This document shows, one piece after another, positions 37,364-48,454 of a stretch of DNA of 64,000 nt; position 1 is the stretch's first letter; each line of letters starts with the position of its first letter. A model generated the notes under the pieces. That model was given only the letters and a program-made list of their open reading frames with translations. It had not been told where the DNA came from and made no database searches. The position numbers and the translations under genes are program-made. Source of the stretch: Candidatus Anderseniibacteriota bacterium (lineage in GTDB: Bacteria > Patescibacteriota > Andersenbacteria > UBA10190); contig JACPWO010000001.1 of the NCBI GenBank assembly GCA_016197005.1, forward strand, positions 410,544 to 474,543, written 5' to 3'.

Positions 37364-39947
37364 ACTTCGTGTACAGGCAGAGACTGGCCTGAGCAGTAGA
37401 GAGGCTACCCGTCGTTTAGAAAAATATGGTGGAAATGAATTGCCCCGACCTCGCAGACTTCGCCTACTTAAACTTTTCCTTGATCGTTTTCGTGACGTCT
37501 TAGTTGTTATTTTGATAGCGGCCGGAATCACTTCTATCTTATTAGGTCATGTTGAAGACGCCATTATTATTGCAGTCGCTATCTTTCTCGACAGTGCTTT
37601 AAGTTTCTTACAAGTGTGGCGTACCGAGCGGACTCTCGCCCAAATGCGTGGCACAATCGAGGATACAATTCCAGTTATCCGAGACGGACAGAAACGGATT
37701 ATCCCTGTAAAAAATTTAGTAATAGGGGATATTCTGTTGCTTCGAGCAGGGGAGCATGTGCCAGCTGATGCCAGACTTCTCGTTGTGAGTGGTTTACGGA
37801 CCCAAGAAGCGCCATTAACTGGTGAAGCAGGTGATATCGCCAAACATACACACGTCCTAAGCCGAGCTACACTCGTTGCCGATCAACGTAATATGGTGTT
37901 TGCCGGCACCTCAGTCGTAGCTGGCAGTGGCACCGCCGTGGTGGTTGCTACCGCCAGTCGAACTCAGTTCGGCAAGATCGCACAGATGCTGCGGGATCAA
38001 CCCGCGATCTCGAGCCCCTTACGGAAAAAACTCCAACGTTTAGGAATACAGATTGGATGGATTATCATGGCAGCCGTTGTGACACTTCTATTGATTGGGC
38101 TCTGGCAAGGACATGGAATAGAAAATACATTCCGAACGGCTATTACCTTAATTGTAAGTGCAATTCCGGAAGACCTGACAATGATCCTTACTATTGCTCT
38201 TACCGTGGGAGTTAGCCGAATTTTACGTAAAGGCGGCGTTGTTCGAAAATTGAGCTCCGGAGAAACATTGGGAGCAGCAACAGTTATATGCACGGATAAA
38301 ACAGGAACGTTAACGGAAGGCAACATGCGAGCAACCGCTTTTCATGGTTTGCAAGGGGACGTTATTGATGCTTTGCAGCCACCCAATCATCATTTGTATG
38401 AACTGGCCTACACCGGATTAATTACGGCGAACGGTGCTACTAAAGTGGGTAGCGGTGCTGATTCTTATGTGGGATCAGCCACCGAACGCACGGCCATGTC
38501 ATTCGCTGAGGGTGCCGGCCTTGATACAAAGAAAATACGAGAATCTTGGCGCATACGCGACACAATTGCTTTTAGTACCAAGTGGAAATTTAGGGCCGCT
38601 TTGACTGATCATCCCACGCAAGCTTCCCAGACGCTGTTTATTATGGGTGCTCCCGATGTTCTCCTAGAAAAAAGTTCTCAGGCCTTAGACGGACAAAGAC
38701 AATCACACGCTCTTACCTCGAGCAAGCGGGCGGAGTTGACCGCTCGGATCGAAAGTTTGGCGGCGGAAGGAAAGCGACTGGTCGCAGTAGCAATTAGACG
38801 GAATATGCGCCAGGTAGATCTCACCCACAACGATATTAACGATTTGCTGTTCTTAGGTGTCCTCACTATTACTGATCCAATTAGACCAGAGGTAGCCGCT
38901 GCCCTGAGTGAAACTATTGCGGCCGGGGTTGCCGTAAAACTTATTACCGGTGATCATGCTGCCACCGCTCGGGCTATTGCCAGTCACATTGGACTCGCGA
39001 GTAATACCGATAGCCTCATTACGGGACAACAATTGCAGGCTCTGAGTGATAAAGAGCTTACGGAGGTAATTGATCGGCTTACTATTTTTGCGCGGATGGA
39101 GCCACTCGATAAACAGCGGATTATCCGCTTACTACAAAAGAAGGGACACGTAGTGGCTATGACCGGGGATGGCATTAATGATGCCGTGGCGCTTAAAAGT
39201 GCAGATATTGGCGTCGCTATGCAGGGAGGATCAGATGTAGCACGCGAGGCGGCTGACTTAGTACTGCTTAATAACAGCTTCAGCACAATTGTGGCGGCTA
39301 TTAAGGAAGGAAGGGTGCTCCGTGACAATATCCGAAAGGTTATTGCTTTCTTATTTGCTACCAATGCCGCTGAAGTTGCTATCTTTTTCGTAAGCGTTTT
39401 AGCGGGCCTGCCTTTGCCTCTTTTGCCCGCTCAAATTTTATGGATCAATCTAGTGACAGACGGTACGTCAGATATTGCCTTGTCTTTGGAACCAGCTGAA
39501 GACGATGTAATGCGTCGTAGGCCGGAAGATCCTAGCGCTCCGCTCTTACATCGTCTTCACAACAAACATATTCTTTTTAGTGGATTCGTAATGACCCTCT
39601 CTACAATGAGTGTCTTTTGGTATCTGATAGATAGTGGCGCAGATCTAGCCTACGCCCGTACCATTGCGTTTACCCTCCTCGCAACATCTTCTCTGCTATC
39701 TGTGTGGAGTTTTCGCTCCTTACATGAAACGATTTGGAAACGTGGTTTTATTAAAAATCCCTGGGTTCTTGTTTCGGCCGCTTTTTCTTTTCTCTTACAC
39801 CTTTGCGCTATCTATATCCCAGAGGTTCGTTCATTCTTTGGGACCGTACCGCTGGCTGCTGCTGACTGGCTTTTAATTCTCGGTATTGCAGTTACAACGG
39901 TGATTGTTGTGGATTTACGAAAGAAAATACCTTTTCTTCGAAACTAG
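37320..39947 (+). CDS. Cation-transporting P-type ATPase (type II, Ca2+/Mg2+-like)
   Basis: ICTDKTGTLTEGNM (DKTGT phosphorylation site), TGDHAATARAIA, MTGDGINDAVALKSADIGVAM, and ten TM segments. Start taken at MEEGYRQSTTQIL. Confidence 0.9.
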   Translation: MEEGYRQSTTQILRELRVQAETGLSSREATRRLEKYGGNELPRPRRLRLLKLFLDRFRDVLVVILIAAGITSILLGHVEDAIIIAVAIFLDSALSFLQVWRTERTLAQMRGTIEDTIPVIRDGQKRIIPVKNLVIGDILLLRAGEHVPADARLLVVSGLRTQEAPLTGEAGDIAKHTHVLSRATLVADQRNMVFAGTSVVAGSGTAVVVATASRTQFGKIAQMLRDQPAISSPLRKKLQRLGIQIGWIIMAAVVTLLLIGLWQGHGIENTFRTAITLIVSAIPEDLTMILTIALTVGVSRILRKGGVVRKLSSGETLGAATVICTDKTGTLTEGNMRATAFHGLQGDVIDALQPPNHHLYELAYTGLITANGATKVGSGADSYVGSATERTAMSFAEGAGLDTKKIRESWRIRDTIAFSTKWKFRAALTDHPTQASQTLFIMGAPDVLLEKSSQALDGQRQSHALTSSKRAELTARIESLAAEGKRLVAVAIRRNMRQVDLTHNDINDLLFLGVLTITDPIRPEVAAALSETIAAGVAVKLITGDHAATARAIASHIGLASNTDSLITGQQLQALSDKELTEVIDRLTIFARMEPLDKQRIIRLLQKKGHVVAMTGDGINDAVALKSADIGVAMQGGSDVAREAADLVLLNNSFSTIVAAIKEGRVLRDNIRKVIAFLFATNAAEVAIFFVSVLAGLPLPLLPAQILWINLVTDGTSDIALSLEPAEDDVMRRRPEDPSAPLLHRLHNKHILFSGFVMTLSTMSVFWYLIDSGADLAYARTIAFTLLATSSLLSVWSFRSLHETIWKRGFIKNPWVLVSAAFSFLLHLCAIYIPEVRSFFGTVPLAAADWLLILGIAVTTVIVVDLRKKIPFLRN

Positions 39948-39970
39948 TAAGTTACTAGAGGATTTCTCAC

Positions 39971-40006
39971 AAAAGAAAACCCCCTAGAGGTTGGCCTAAG
40001 GGGGGT
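39971..40006 (-). terminator. Rho-independent terminator after the AAA ATPase gene (stem CCCCCTA / TAAGGGGGG)
   Basis: GC-rich hairpin with a T-run on the minus strand (AAAAGAAAA on plus). Confidence 0.55.
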
Positions 40007-40012
40007 ACATCG

Positions 40013-40594
40013 TTATAGCGTGCGAATGAGAGCTAGTGTTTCATGAACTAATTCAGAAATACTGAGAGTCCCGGGAAGAAATTTCCAATTCGGGTGTCCT
40101 TCCCAGGCAAGTCGCGTCTGGTGGTCAAGCCGTTGGGCTTGCTCTAGCTTTTCATAGCGCAATCTGTTGCCAGCGCGGCTAAAACGCTCCGGAAAAGCAA
40201 TGGCCTGCGACTCCAAATGTATCACGAGATGATAGCGACTATGCCCAAAACGAGTCGTGTGAGTCCCTACCTGCTCACGAACAGCCTGCTGACCCATAGG
40301 ATACGCACAACCATCGAACAATCCGCGATCACAAATTCTTAGTCGGCAACCGATTCGCTGAGCTTTCCAGGATGCTCTCGCCTCACAGGAAATCTGGTGA
40401 ATAGCAATTTTTTGCTGGAGCTCGAACCATTGGCCATCTGTCCAATCGTCCGTTGGCAGTGGATGCTTTTTGAATATCGAGGTAGCAGCTTCTTCAACAA
40501 AAATTGCTTCGCGTCCCAAGTGGTTTCGTAACGCCTTCAACACACTCGTTTTGCCCGCACAGGGGCCACCGGTCAGCACGATTGTGGTGATCAT
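40013..40594 (-). CDS. AAA-family ATPase / predicted nucleoside kinase-like (AAA_28-like)
   Basis: Start at MITTIVLTGGPCAGKTSVLKAL (P-loop); about 193 aa. Confidence 0.6.
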   Translation of the reverse strand: MITTIVLTGGPCAGKTSVLKALRNHLGREAIFVEEAATSIFKKHPLPTDDWTDGQWFELQQKIAIHQISCEARASWKAQRIGCRLRICDRGLFDGCAYPMGQQAVREQVGTHTTRFGHSRYHLVIHLESQAIAFPERFSRAGNRLRYEKLEQAQRLDHQTRLAWEGHPNWKFLPGTLSISELVHETLALIRTL

Positions 40595-40795
40595 GAGCGG
40601 TCCCTTTGGGGTCGAGGAACTAAGATTTCTAATGAACAACGCCCCTATTCTAGACAGAAATTCCATTTCTGCCTAGAGAGGTGTCAGGGTCTGGTAGTTG
40701 ACAGATAAACTCCGGAAATGCTACAAAAAAGCTATCAGAAAGCCGCGGAAACGCGGCTTTCATACTAAACACTTAATCTTAATTCCAAGATACCT

Positions 40796-42064
40796 ATGGC
40801 AGACGAGACCCCCTCATTCGGAATGGCGATTGACCAAATCGTAGCCGAAAAAGGCATTAGTAAGGAAAAGGTTTTAGAAACAATTGAGGCAGCCCTGGCC
40901 GCTGCTTACCGCAAAGACTTTGGAGAGCGCGATCAAGATATTCGGGCTGAATTTAACGAAGTCGATGGCAGTGCTCGTTTGTATAAGGTGATAACAGTTG
41001 TCGCTGATAAAAATGAAGAAGGGGAAGAGGCAGAGATTAACGAAATGGCCCAACTTCGATTATCCGACGCTAAAAAAGATGATCCAGAAGCTGAGGTGGG
41101 AAAAGAATATGTTGAAGACGTAACTCCAACCGATCCTCATTACGGTCGTGTTGCTGCCCAGACTGCTAAACAAGTCATTATTCAACGTCTGCGAGAAGCT
41201 GAGCGCGAAGCAACGTTTGATGAATACAAGGGTAAGGAAGGGGAGATTATCTCCGGTATTGTCCAACGCATGGATGGAGACATTGTTTTCGTAGATATCG
41301 GCCGAACAGCGGGTATTCTCTTTCCGAGCGAGCAAGTACGGGGTGAGCGTTACCGCTTAGGCCAACGTATCCGTGTCTATGTCGTAAAAGTAGAGTTGGG
41401 GAGCCGGGGTCCAGAAATTGTCTTATCCCGTAGCCACCCAGGAATGCTGCGCCGTATGTTTGAACTTGAAGTACCAGAAATATTTGCCGGGAGCGTACAA
41501 ATTAAAGGTATTGCCCGCGAAGCTGGTCAGCGCTCTAAAATTTCTGTGTGGTCAGAAGAAGAGGGTGTAGATCCAGTTGGTGCTTGTATTGGCCAGCGCG
41601 GTACTCGTATCCAAACTATTATTGCCGAACTATCTGGCGAAAAGATTGACGTTATTGAATGGGATGCAGACCAGGCTCACTACATTGCGAATGCCTTATC
41701 GCCCGCTCGCGTTATTGCCGTAGACATTTTTGATGAAGAAAAGCGAGCACTAGCTCACGTCGATGAAGACCAACTATCACTGGCTATTGGCAAGCGTGGT
41801 CAGAACGTGCGTCTGGCGGCTAAACTAACTGGTTGGAGAATAGATATTGCTCGCACTGGTGAAGAAAAAGAGGTAGAAGGCGGAGCAGAGCCAACAACCG
41901 AAGCCGATCCCGCTGAAGAAAAAGCAAAAGCGATGGCTGACGACACGGTCAAGACTGATAATCAGCCAGGCGTCAGCGAAGGTACTGAAGAGGCGGCAAT
42001 GGATCCAGCAATAAAGGAATCTCACAAAGAGGAAGCCGTTGAGGAAAAGAAAGACAAAGAATAA
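40796..42064 (+). CDS. nusA: Transcription termination/antitermination factor NusA with acidic C-terminal tail
   Basis: N-terminal domain, S1 (GEIISGIVQRMDGDIVFVDIG), two KH domains (GACIGQRGTRIQ, IGKRGQNVRLAAKLTGWRIDI), then an E/K-rich tail. Confidence 0.9.
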   Translation: MADETPSFGMAIDQIVAEKGISKEKVLETIEAALAAAYRKDFGERDQDIRAEFNEVDGSARLYKVITVVADKNEEGEEAEINEMAQLRLSDAKKDDPEAEVGKEYVEDVTPTDPHYGRVAAQTAKQVIIQRLREAEREATFDEYKGKEGEIISGIVQRMDGDIVFVDIGRTAGILFPSEQVRGERYRLGQRIRVYVVKVELGSRGPEIVLSRSHPGMLRRMFELEVPEIFAGSVQIKGIAREAGQRSKISVWSEEEGVDPVGACIGQRGTRIQTIIAELSGEKIDVIEWDADQAHYIANALSPARVIAVDIFDEEKRALAHVDEDQLSLAIGKRGQNVRLAAKLTGWRIDIARTGEEKEVEGGAEPTTEADPAEEKAKAMADDTVKTDNQPGVSEGTEEAAMDPAIKESHKEEAVEEKKDKE

Positions 42065-42084
42065 TTTTAACTTCTTATACTACT

Positions 42085-44046
42085 ATGCAGTTTGAATATC
42101 TCGTCGGGGGAGCAGCAATTATTGGTCTGGCCTATTCATTCTGGAAAGCGCGTGAGGTTGCAAGTCAAACGGTAACGTCACAGAAAGCTCAAGAAATTTC
42201 TACTGCTATTCGCGTCGGGGCGATGGCTTTCTTAAATCGTGAATACCGGGTACTGTCCATCTTCATTCTTATCGCCGCTATTGCGTTGTGGCTTTTAATT
42301 GGCGCAAAAGCAGTTCTTCCTTTTGTCGCTGGGGCTTTTTTATCGGCCGTGGCCGGAAACATCGGCATGCGAATTGCTACGATTGCAAACGTTCGTACCG
42401 CGGAAGCGGTTCAAAAAAGTTTAGGCAGGGGACTAACTACCGCATTTGCAGCTGGCTCAGTTGTTGGTATGGCTATTGTCAGTTTGGGTCTGCTCGGAAT
42501 TATTATCCTATTTAAAATATACGGTAACCCGGAAGCGCTCTTTAGTTTTGGTTTTGGCGCTTCTGTTGTTGCCTTATTTGCTCGCGTTGGTGGCGGTATT
42601 TACACCAAAGCTGCTGATGTTGGCGCCGATCTCGTCGGTAAAATAGAACAAGGAATTCCTGAAGATGATCCTCGTAATCCAGCAACGATTGCGGATAACG
42701 TTGGAGATAACGTGGGAGATGTGGCCGGCATGGGAGCTGATTTATTCGATAGCTATATTGCCGCTCTGCTTGCCGCCACCGCCTTAGGTTTTGAAGCTTC
42801 AGCCCTCTATGGCACAGCCGGTATTACCTATCCCTTTGTCATCGCTGCCATTGGTATTATTGCCAGCATTGTTGGTGTTTTCTTTGTGAAAACCGAAGAC
42901 AAAAACAAGATCGGCGCTGTTATGAATCGTGGAATTTTTGCTGCCGGTGCAATTATTATTGTCGGCACCTGGTTTGCAACTGACGCTATGTTTGCTGACG
43001 CTAAACTATTCTGGGTAGTTGTTATTGGTTTAGTAGCTGGCATCTTGATCGGTCTTTCCGCTGAATTCTTTACTAGTAGCAGCCGGAAACCGGCTCAGAG
43101 AGTTGCTGCCGCCGCCCGAACCGGTGCAGCCACTAATATTATTTCCGGTCTGGCACTCGGTATGTTCTCAACTGGTTTTCCCATCCTTATTATGGCGGCA
43201 ACAATTTTAATCACGCACGAGTTAGCCGGTTTCTACGGAATTGCTATCGCCGTGGTTGGGATGCTTTCAACGCTTGGCATCACGCTTGCCTCAGATACGT
43301 ATGGCCCCGTTGCCGATAACGCCGCTGGTATTGCCGAGATGGCTGGCTTAGGAAAAGAGACTCGCGAACGAGCCGAAGCTCTCGATGCGGTTGGTAACAC
43401 CACTGCTGCTATTGGGAAGGGATTTGCTACTGGTTCCGCTGCTTTAACTGCAATCGCCCTCTTTATTAGCTATGTAACACTGGCTGGTATTAAGGGTATT
43501 GATATTACCCAGCCGTACGTCATGGCCGGCCTACTCGTCGGTGGGATGGTGCCATTTATCTTCTCGGCGCTCGCCATGAAGGCTGTCGGACAAGCGGCTA
43601 TGGGAATGGTTGAAGAAGTACGACGTCAGTTCCGAGAAATTCCAGGACTCCTGGCTGGTACGGGCAAACCTGACTATAGCCGAGCAGTAGATATTGCGAC
43701 TCAATCGGCTCTGCGAGAAATGATGCTCCCAACTATTCTCGGGGTACTTGCTCCCGTTGTTATTGGTTTTGTATTTGGCGCTGAGGCCCTTGGAGGTATG
43801 GTCGCGGGAACAATTGTTGTTGGCTTCCTTCTCTCTATATCACAGGCAAACTCAGGCGGGGCTTGGGATAACGCTAAGAAATACATTGAAGCAGGAAATC
43901 TAGGCGGCAAAGGATCTGATATTCACAAAGCAGCTGTCGTTGGCGATACCGTTGGCGATCCGTTCAAAGACACATCCGGTCCTTCTCTTAATATTCTCAT
44001 CAAGCTGGTGAGTATGGTATCGCTCATTATTGCTCCACTGCTCTAA
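42085..44046 (+). CDS. hppA: Membrane-bound proton/sodium-translocating pyrophosphatase
   Basis: 653 aa with [18 protein letters not shown] and [22 protein letters not shown] signature motifs. Confidence 0.9.
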   Translation: MQFEYLVGGAAIIGLAYSFWKAREVASQTVTSQKAQEISTAIRVGAMAFLNREYRVLSIFILIAAIALWLLIGAKAVLPFVAGAFLSAVAGNIGMRIATIANVRTAEAVQKSLGRGLTTAFAAGSVVGMAIVSLGLLGIIILFKIYGNPEALFSFGFGASVVALFARVGGGIYTKAADVGADLVGKIEQGIPEDDPRNPATIADNVGDNVGDVAGMGADLFDSYIAALLAATALGFEASALYGTAGITYPFVIAAIGIIASIVGVFFVKTEDKNKIGAVMNRGIFAAGAIIIVGTWFATDAMFADAKLFWVVVIGLVAGILIGLSAEFFTSSSRKPAQRVAAAARTGAATNIISGLALGMFSTGFPILIMAATILITHELAGFYGIAIAVVGMLSTLGITLASDTYGPVADNAAGIAEMAGLGKETRERAEALDAVGNTTAAIGKGFATGSAALTAIALFISYVTLAGIKGIDITQPYVMAGLLVGGMVPFIFSALAMKAVGQAAMGMVEEVRRQFREIPGLLAGTGKPDYSRAVDIATQSALREMMLPTILGVLAPVVIGFVFGAEALGGMVAGTIVVGFLLSISQANSGGAWDNAKKYIEAGNLGGKGSDIHKAAVVGDTVGDPFKDTSGPSLNILIKLVSMVSLIIAPLL

Positions 44047-44056
44047 GACCGATTGT

Positions 44057-45343
44057 ATGCAAGTAACTGTCCAGAATAAACCCGAGCAATCTCAGGTAGA
44101 GCTCACCATTGCTGTAACACCAGACGAGCTCAAGCCTTTTATTACCAAGGCAGCCGAAAAGATTTCCAAGGATCACCCTATAAAAGGATTTCGTCCAGGC
44201 AAAGTGCCGGTAAAAGTAGTGGCCGAGAAATTTGGGCAGGAGCCACTTCTGCATGAAGCTCTCGACCGCGCCGTACCGCATTTCTTCGTCGAGGCTATCT
44301 TGGAAGAATCTATTGATGCTGTCACGCGTCCTGCTATCGCCATTAAAAAATCTTCCTTTGATGGCCCTCTCGAATTCATTGCCACCGTTGACGTGTTACC
44401 ACAAGTAAAGCTCGGGGACCCGAAAAAAATTAAGGCGGAAAAGAAAGCAATTGAGGTATCTGATGAACATATAGATAAAGAGTTGGAATACTTAGCGAAG
44501 GGGCGCGCTACTGTTTTGGATGTTGCTCGTCCTGCTCAAGTAGGAGACACGGTGACGATAGATTTCAATATTTCTATTGACGGCGAAACAATTGAGGGCG
44601 GTGAAAGTAAGGAGCATCCTGTTCCACTGGGCGAAGGACATTTTTTACCTGATTTTGAAAAAGGGCTTACTGGTATCTCAGCTGGAGATACTCGAGCATT
44701 CGATCTCTCTTTCCCGACTGACTATCCGAAAGAAACTCTTCGCGGCCAGAAGGCACAGGCACGCGTAAAAGCTCACCGCGTCCAACAGCGAGTGCTCCCA
44801 AAGATAGATGATGCTTTTGCCAAAGGACTCGGCAAATTTGATAACCTGCAGCAACTGAAAGATAAACTTAAGGAAAATATGAAGGAGGAAAAACATCATC
44901 GTGAGAAGGAAAGACACTTAAGTGAAATTGCCGAGAAATATTCAGAATTAACGACGATTGGCCTGATTCCCAAAGCTCTCATTGATCGAGATATTGATAG
45001 TCGCCTGCAAGAGTTAGCCCAAATGCTATCTATTCAAGGCAAGACTATCCAAGACTATCTCATCCGCCAGAGGAAGAGCTTAGATCAAGTACGGGAAGAT
45101 ATGCGAGAGACGGCCGAAAAGAATGTTCGAGTTGGACTTACCCTACGTCAATTTGCGAAAGAAAATGCAGTGGAAGTTAGTGACGAAGAGGTAGAGGAGG
45201 AAGTAGTGAAACAAGTGCAACAGTTTGGTTCACCGGAAAAAGCTGAGAAAGAGATAGATATGGAGCACCTAAAAGAACACATCACGGCCACTCTTCGCAA
45301 CCGCAAAGTCCTAGAAAAACTAGCAGAGTTAGCAGCACAGTAG
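44057..45343 (+). CDS. tig: Trigger factor
   Basis: Start at MQVTVQNKPEQSQVELT. Ribosome-binding motif GFRPGKVP, then an FKBP-like domain and a C-terminal domain. Confidence 0.85.
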   Translation: MQVTVQNKPEQSQVELTIAVTPDELKPFITKAAEKISKDHPIKGFRPGKVPVKVVAEKFGQEPLLHEALDRAVPHFFVEAILEESIDAVTRPAIAIKKSSFDGPLEFIATVDVLPQVKLGDPKKIKAEKKAIEVSDEHIDKELEYLAKGRATVLDVARPAQVGDTVTIDFNISIDGETIEGGESKEHPVPLGEGHFLPDFEKGLTGISAGDTRAFDLSFPTDYPKETLRGQKAQARVKAHRVQQRVLPKIDDAFAKGLGKFDNLQQLKDKLKENMKEEKHHREKERHLSEIAEKYSELTTIGLIPKALIDRDIDSRLQELAQMLSIQGKTIQDYLIRQRKSLDQVREDMRETAEKNVRVGLTLRQFAKENAVEVSDEEVEEEVVKQVQQFGSPEKAEKEIDMEHLKEHITATLRNRKVLEKLAELAAQ

Positions 45344-45431
45344 ACAGCTTAAGTTTCCGGCGCTATATTTTCCGTGCGTTGCCACTGTGGCTACGCTTGT
45401 TCTCAACTATTCCCTTCTCATGGAGATCTCC

Positions 45432-46028
45432 ATGGATGCGAACTTGAGCAGAAAAATCGCAGACATACTGCAAAACGATGGCTACGGGCGAATAAAGGTA
45501 CAAGCTCGAGCGGCACGAATAATTCCCGCCTCAAGTGCTACTCACTCGTGGCCGCTTGAAATTCATCTCCCACGTGGACGTACACTGCAAACACGAGAGA
45601 AAGAAGGATTCCCCATTGAGCAATTCCCTGAAGCGAATTGCCCGCTGTTTCAGTCCACACTAAACCCAAGAGACCCCTATGCACTGCCGCACTTTTTTCG
45701 AGCGTGGTTTGACCACCTTGACTCTATCTTGGTCAAAAAGGAATTTTCACTCATCGTTCGCAGTCTGGCGGCAGCGATCGAAATTGACCTGGAGAAAGTA
45801 CAAGAAAATGATGCTGATGGAATAGTTAAGGGAGTGGGGAGTTGCATAGTGAGAACGGAGCTTCACTTACGACACACTCAACAAAAATTTGGCATAGGAA
45901 ACGCTGTTCCATTCGGAGAGCTGTTCTCGACTGACGAGTGGGGGAAAATCAGTAACAAAATTAGAGCAACGGTGCCCCCACCTCCGCCTAGAAACTCCGG
46001 GATATTTGGATCCTCCTATCTTGGATAA
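45432..46028 (+). CDS. Hypothetical protein inserted between tig and clpP
   Basis: About 199 aa from the ATG preceded by GGAGA. No recognisable motif, and the C-terminus is PPPPPR. A terminator lies downstream. Confidence 0.45.
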   Translation: MDANLSRKIADILQNDGYGRIKVQARAARIIPASSATHSWPLEIHLPRGRTLQTREKEGFPIEQFPEANCPLFQSTLNPRDPYALPHFFRAWFDHLDSILVKKEFSLIVRSLAAAIEIDLEKVQENDADGIVKGVGSCIVRTELHLRHTQQKFGIGNAVPFGELFSTDEWGKISNKIRATVPPPPPRNSGIFGSSYLG

Positions 46029-46035
46029 ACAAATA

Positions 46036-46062
46036 AAGCCAGTTGGTTACCTGGCTTTTTTT
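46036..46062 (+). terminator. Rho-independent terminator
   Basis: AAGCCAG-ttggttac-CTGGCTT followed by TTTTTT. Confidence 0.65.
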
Positions 46063-46139
46063 CTACTCAAAAGCGATGTTCTTTCGCCCCCTTTCCGGCT
46101 GCGGTATAGTAAGAATGTTCTAACTTCTAGCAATTATTT

Positions 46140-46724
46140 ATGTCTTATTTAGTCCCAACTGTTTTAGAAAAATCTCAAGGTGGCGAACGCGCCTATGATT
46201 TATATTCTCGTCTCCTGAAAGAACGTATTATCTTCTTGGGCGGACAGGTGAATGATGACATTGCTAATCTCATCATCGCCCAACTTATTTTCCTCGAGCA
46301 CGAAGACGCCAAGAAAGATATCAAGCTGTATATCAACTCACCGGGGGGCGTCGTAACAGCTGGCATGGCAATTTACGACACCATGCAGTTTATTAAGCCA
46401 GACGTGCAGACTATCTGTATGGGGATGGCAGCGAGCATGGGAGCGGTATTGCTCGCAGGCGGAGCTAAAGGCAAGCGTATGGCCTTAACCCACGCTGATA
46501 TTATGATTCATCAGGTTATGGGAGGCGCCGAGGGACAAGCCACCGATATTGAAATCTCAGCTCGTCACATTTTAAAGATTAAAGACCGTCTTAATGACGT
46601 TTTGGCTCATCACACCGGGCAACCTTTAAAAAAGGTGGCCAAAGACACAGAGAGGGATTACTATATGACCGCAGAGGAAGCTAAAGAATACGGTCTTATC
46701 GACAAAGTCATCGAAAAAGCGTAA
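46140..46724 (+). CDS. clpP: ATP-dependent Clp protease proteolytic subunit
   Basis: 194 aa with the catalytic triad context ([11 protein letters not shown]), 100-residue-class identity. Confidence 0.95.
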   Translation: MSYLVPTVLEKSQGGERAYDLYSRLLKERIIFLGGQVNDDIANLIIAQLIFLEHEDAKKDIKLYINSPGGVVTAGMAIYDTMQFIKPDVQTICMGMAASMGAVLLAGGAKGKRMALTHADIMIHQVMGGAEGQATDIEISARHILKIKDRLNDVLAHHTGQPLKKVAKDTERDYYMTAEEAKEYGLIDKVIEKA

Positions 46725-46878
46725 ATTTGGCTCACCTTAGCAAAATATTTGCAATTTAGCGTATAACTCTTAACCTAGCTCTCCTTTTCTGACTTTTTTG
46801 TAGCCGTCTCTCACGATCTTGGACTTCTTGACAACTCGCACCCGCAAAACTCAGTAAAAGAAGGGCTTCTAACGCCCT

Positions 46879-48411
46879 ATGGCAGTAACTACTACCGTTA
46901 TCGCGGCTGCAGCAGCAGCCGTCGCCGGTATTGTTGGCGGATATTTTACCCGCCGCATGCTCGGTGAAAACAAAGACAAACATGCTGAAGAAAAAATTGA
47001 GCAGAAAATTGCCTCCGCTAAGGAAAAATTAGGAAAATTAAAACTCGAAGCAGAGGCAGCAGCCCGCGGCGAGCGAGCAAAGGTAGAAAATGAACTCGAT
47101 GAACGTCGCCATCAAATTATTGAACTTGAAAAGCGAGTCGCTCAACGTGAAGCGAAGCTGGACTCGAAACTAGAAGCAACCGAAGAGAAAGAAGCGGCTC
47201 TTAAACATGACCGCGAAGAACTCAAGACTCAGAAAGAAGAGCTGATAAAGCTTCAAGACGAGGAACAAAAGCGTCTGGAAGAGACGGCTGGTCTCACCGG
47301 TGAGCAGGCCGCTGAACGAATCATGCAATTAACCGAGGAACGCACTAAAGAGGATATTGTTCGTCGAGTTCGTCGTCTGCAAAAAGAAGGGGAGCGAGAA
47401 CTGGAAGAAAAAGCTCGAGATATTCTCTCAACTGTTATTCAACGATACGCCTCTTCGCACGTAGCTGAGCACTCCACTTCCTACGTAGATGTGCCCGATG
47501 AAGGCATGATTGGACGCATTATTGGTCGTGAAGGCCGTAACATTCAACATATTGAGCGCGTTACTGGCTGCGAAGTAGTCATTGATAGCGAAAATTCTGG
47601 CTCGATCATGATTTCTGGGTTTTCTCCTGTCCGTCGTCAGGTAGCTAAGCGTGCTTTAGAACAGCTATTAAAAGACGGTCGTATTCATCCCGGTCGAATT
47701 GAAGAAGTCGTAGAAGAAGCCAAGAAAAAGATAAACGACGATATTCGAGAAGCCGGTGAAGCAGTGGTATATGACTTGGGTATTGTTGATTTCCCACCTA
47801 AACTCGTTCACCTCGTTGGTCGCATGAAGTACCGCACTAGTTACGGCCAAAATATTCTCCGTCATAGCTGGGAAGCAGCTCGCATCGCCATGATGCTCGC
47901 GGAAGAACTAGGAGCCGACGTAACGATTGCCAAGAAAGCCACCCTACTCCATGACATCGGTAAAGCAATTGATCATGAAGTTGAAGGAAATCATGTCGAA
48001 ATTGGTGAAAAGATTATGCGAAAATTCGGCATTAGTGAAGAAATTGTTAAAGCCGCTGCTGCTCATCACGAAGACTATCCTTTTGATACTCGCGAAGCGA
48101 TCATTGTTCAGGTATCCGACGCCATTTCCGCTGCTCGCCCTGGTGCTCGTCGGGAAGGCACTGATCAATATATCAAACGCATGGAAGACTTAGAGCAAAT
48201 TGCCGCCAGCTACGAAGGCGTGCAGAAAGCCTACGCCATTTATGCAGGACGTGAGATTCGAGTCTTCGTAGAACCAAAGAAAATTGATGATTTGCAGGCA
48301 ATTAAATTAGCACAAGATATTGCCAAACAAATTGAGCAAGAACTCACCTATCCTGGTGACGTTAAAATAAACGTTATTCGCGAAACTCGCAGTGACGCCT
48401 TAGCACGCTAA
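46879..48411 (+). CDS. rny: Ribonuclease Y
   Basis: N-terminal TM helix, a long coiled-coil, KH (IGRIIGREGRNIQHIE), and an HD domain (LLHDIGKAIDHE). Confidence 0.9.
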   Translation: MAVTTTVIAAAAAAVAGIVGGYFTRRMLGENKDKHAEEKIEQKIASAKEKLGKLKLEAEAAARGERAKVENELDERRHQIIELEKRVAQREAKLDSKLEATEEKEAALKHDREELKTQKEELIKLQDEEQKRLEETAGLTGEQAAERIMQLTEERTKEDIVRRVRRLQKEGERELEEKARDILSTVIQRYASSHVAEHSTSYVDVPDEGMIGRIIGREGRNIQHIERVTGCEVVIDSENSGSIMISGFSPVRRQVAKRALEQLLKDGRIHPGRIEEVVEEAKKKINDDIREAGEAVVYDLGIVDFPPKLVHLVGRMKYRTSYGQNILRHSWEAARIAMMLAEELGADVTIAKKATLLHDIGKAIDHEVEGNHVEIGEKIMRKFGISEEIVKAAAAHHEDYPFDTREAIIVQVSDAISAARPGARREGTDQYIKRMEDLEQIAASYEGVQKAYAIYAGREIRVFVEPKKIDDLQAIKLAQDIAKQIEQELTYPGDVKINVIRETRSDALAR

Positions 48412-48431
48412 ATAAATTAACTAGTACAAAG

Positions 48432-48454
48432 AACCGGCAATAGCCGGTTTTTTG
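48432..48454. terminator. Rho-independent terminator between convergent rny and the downstream minus-strand gene
   Basis: AACCGGC-aata-GCCGGTT followed by TTTTGTT. Confidence 0.65.

Noticed and set aside
45387-45431. GTG-initiated N-terminal extension of the tig-clpP intergenic ORF, and a similar TTG extension of the GT1 gene at 23836
   Set aside because: Downstream in-frame ATGs have better Shine-Dalgarno spacing (GGAGA-5 nt-ATG at 45432; MKVTFVG at 23875). The extensions are probably ORF-finder artefacts.
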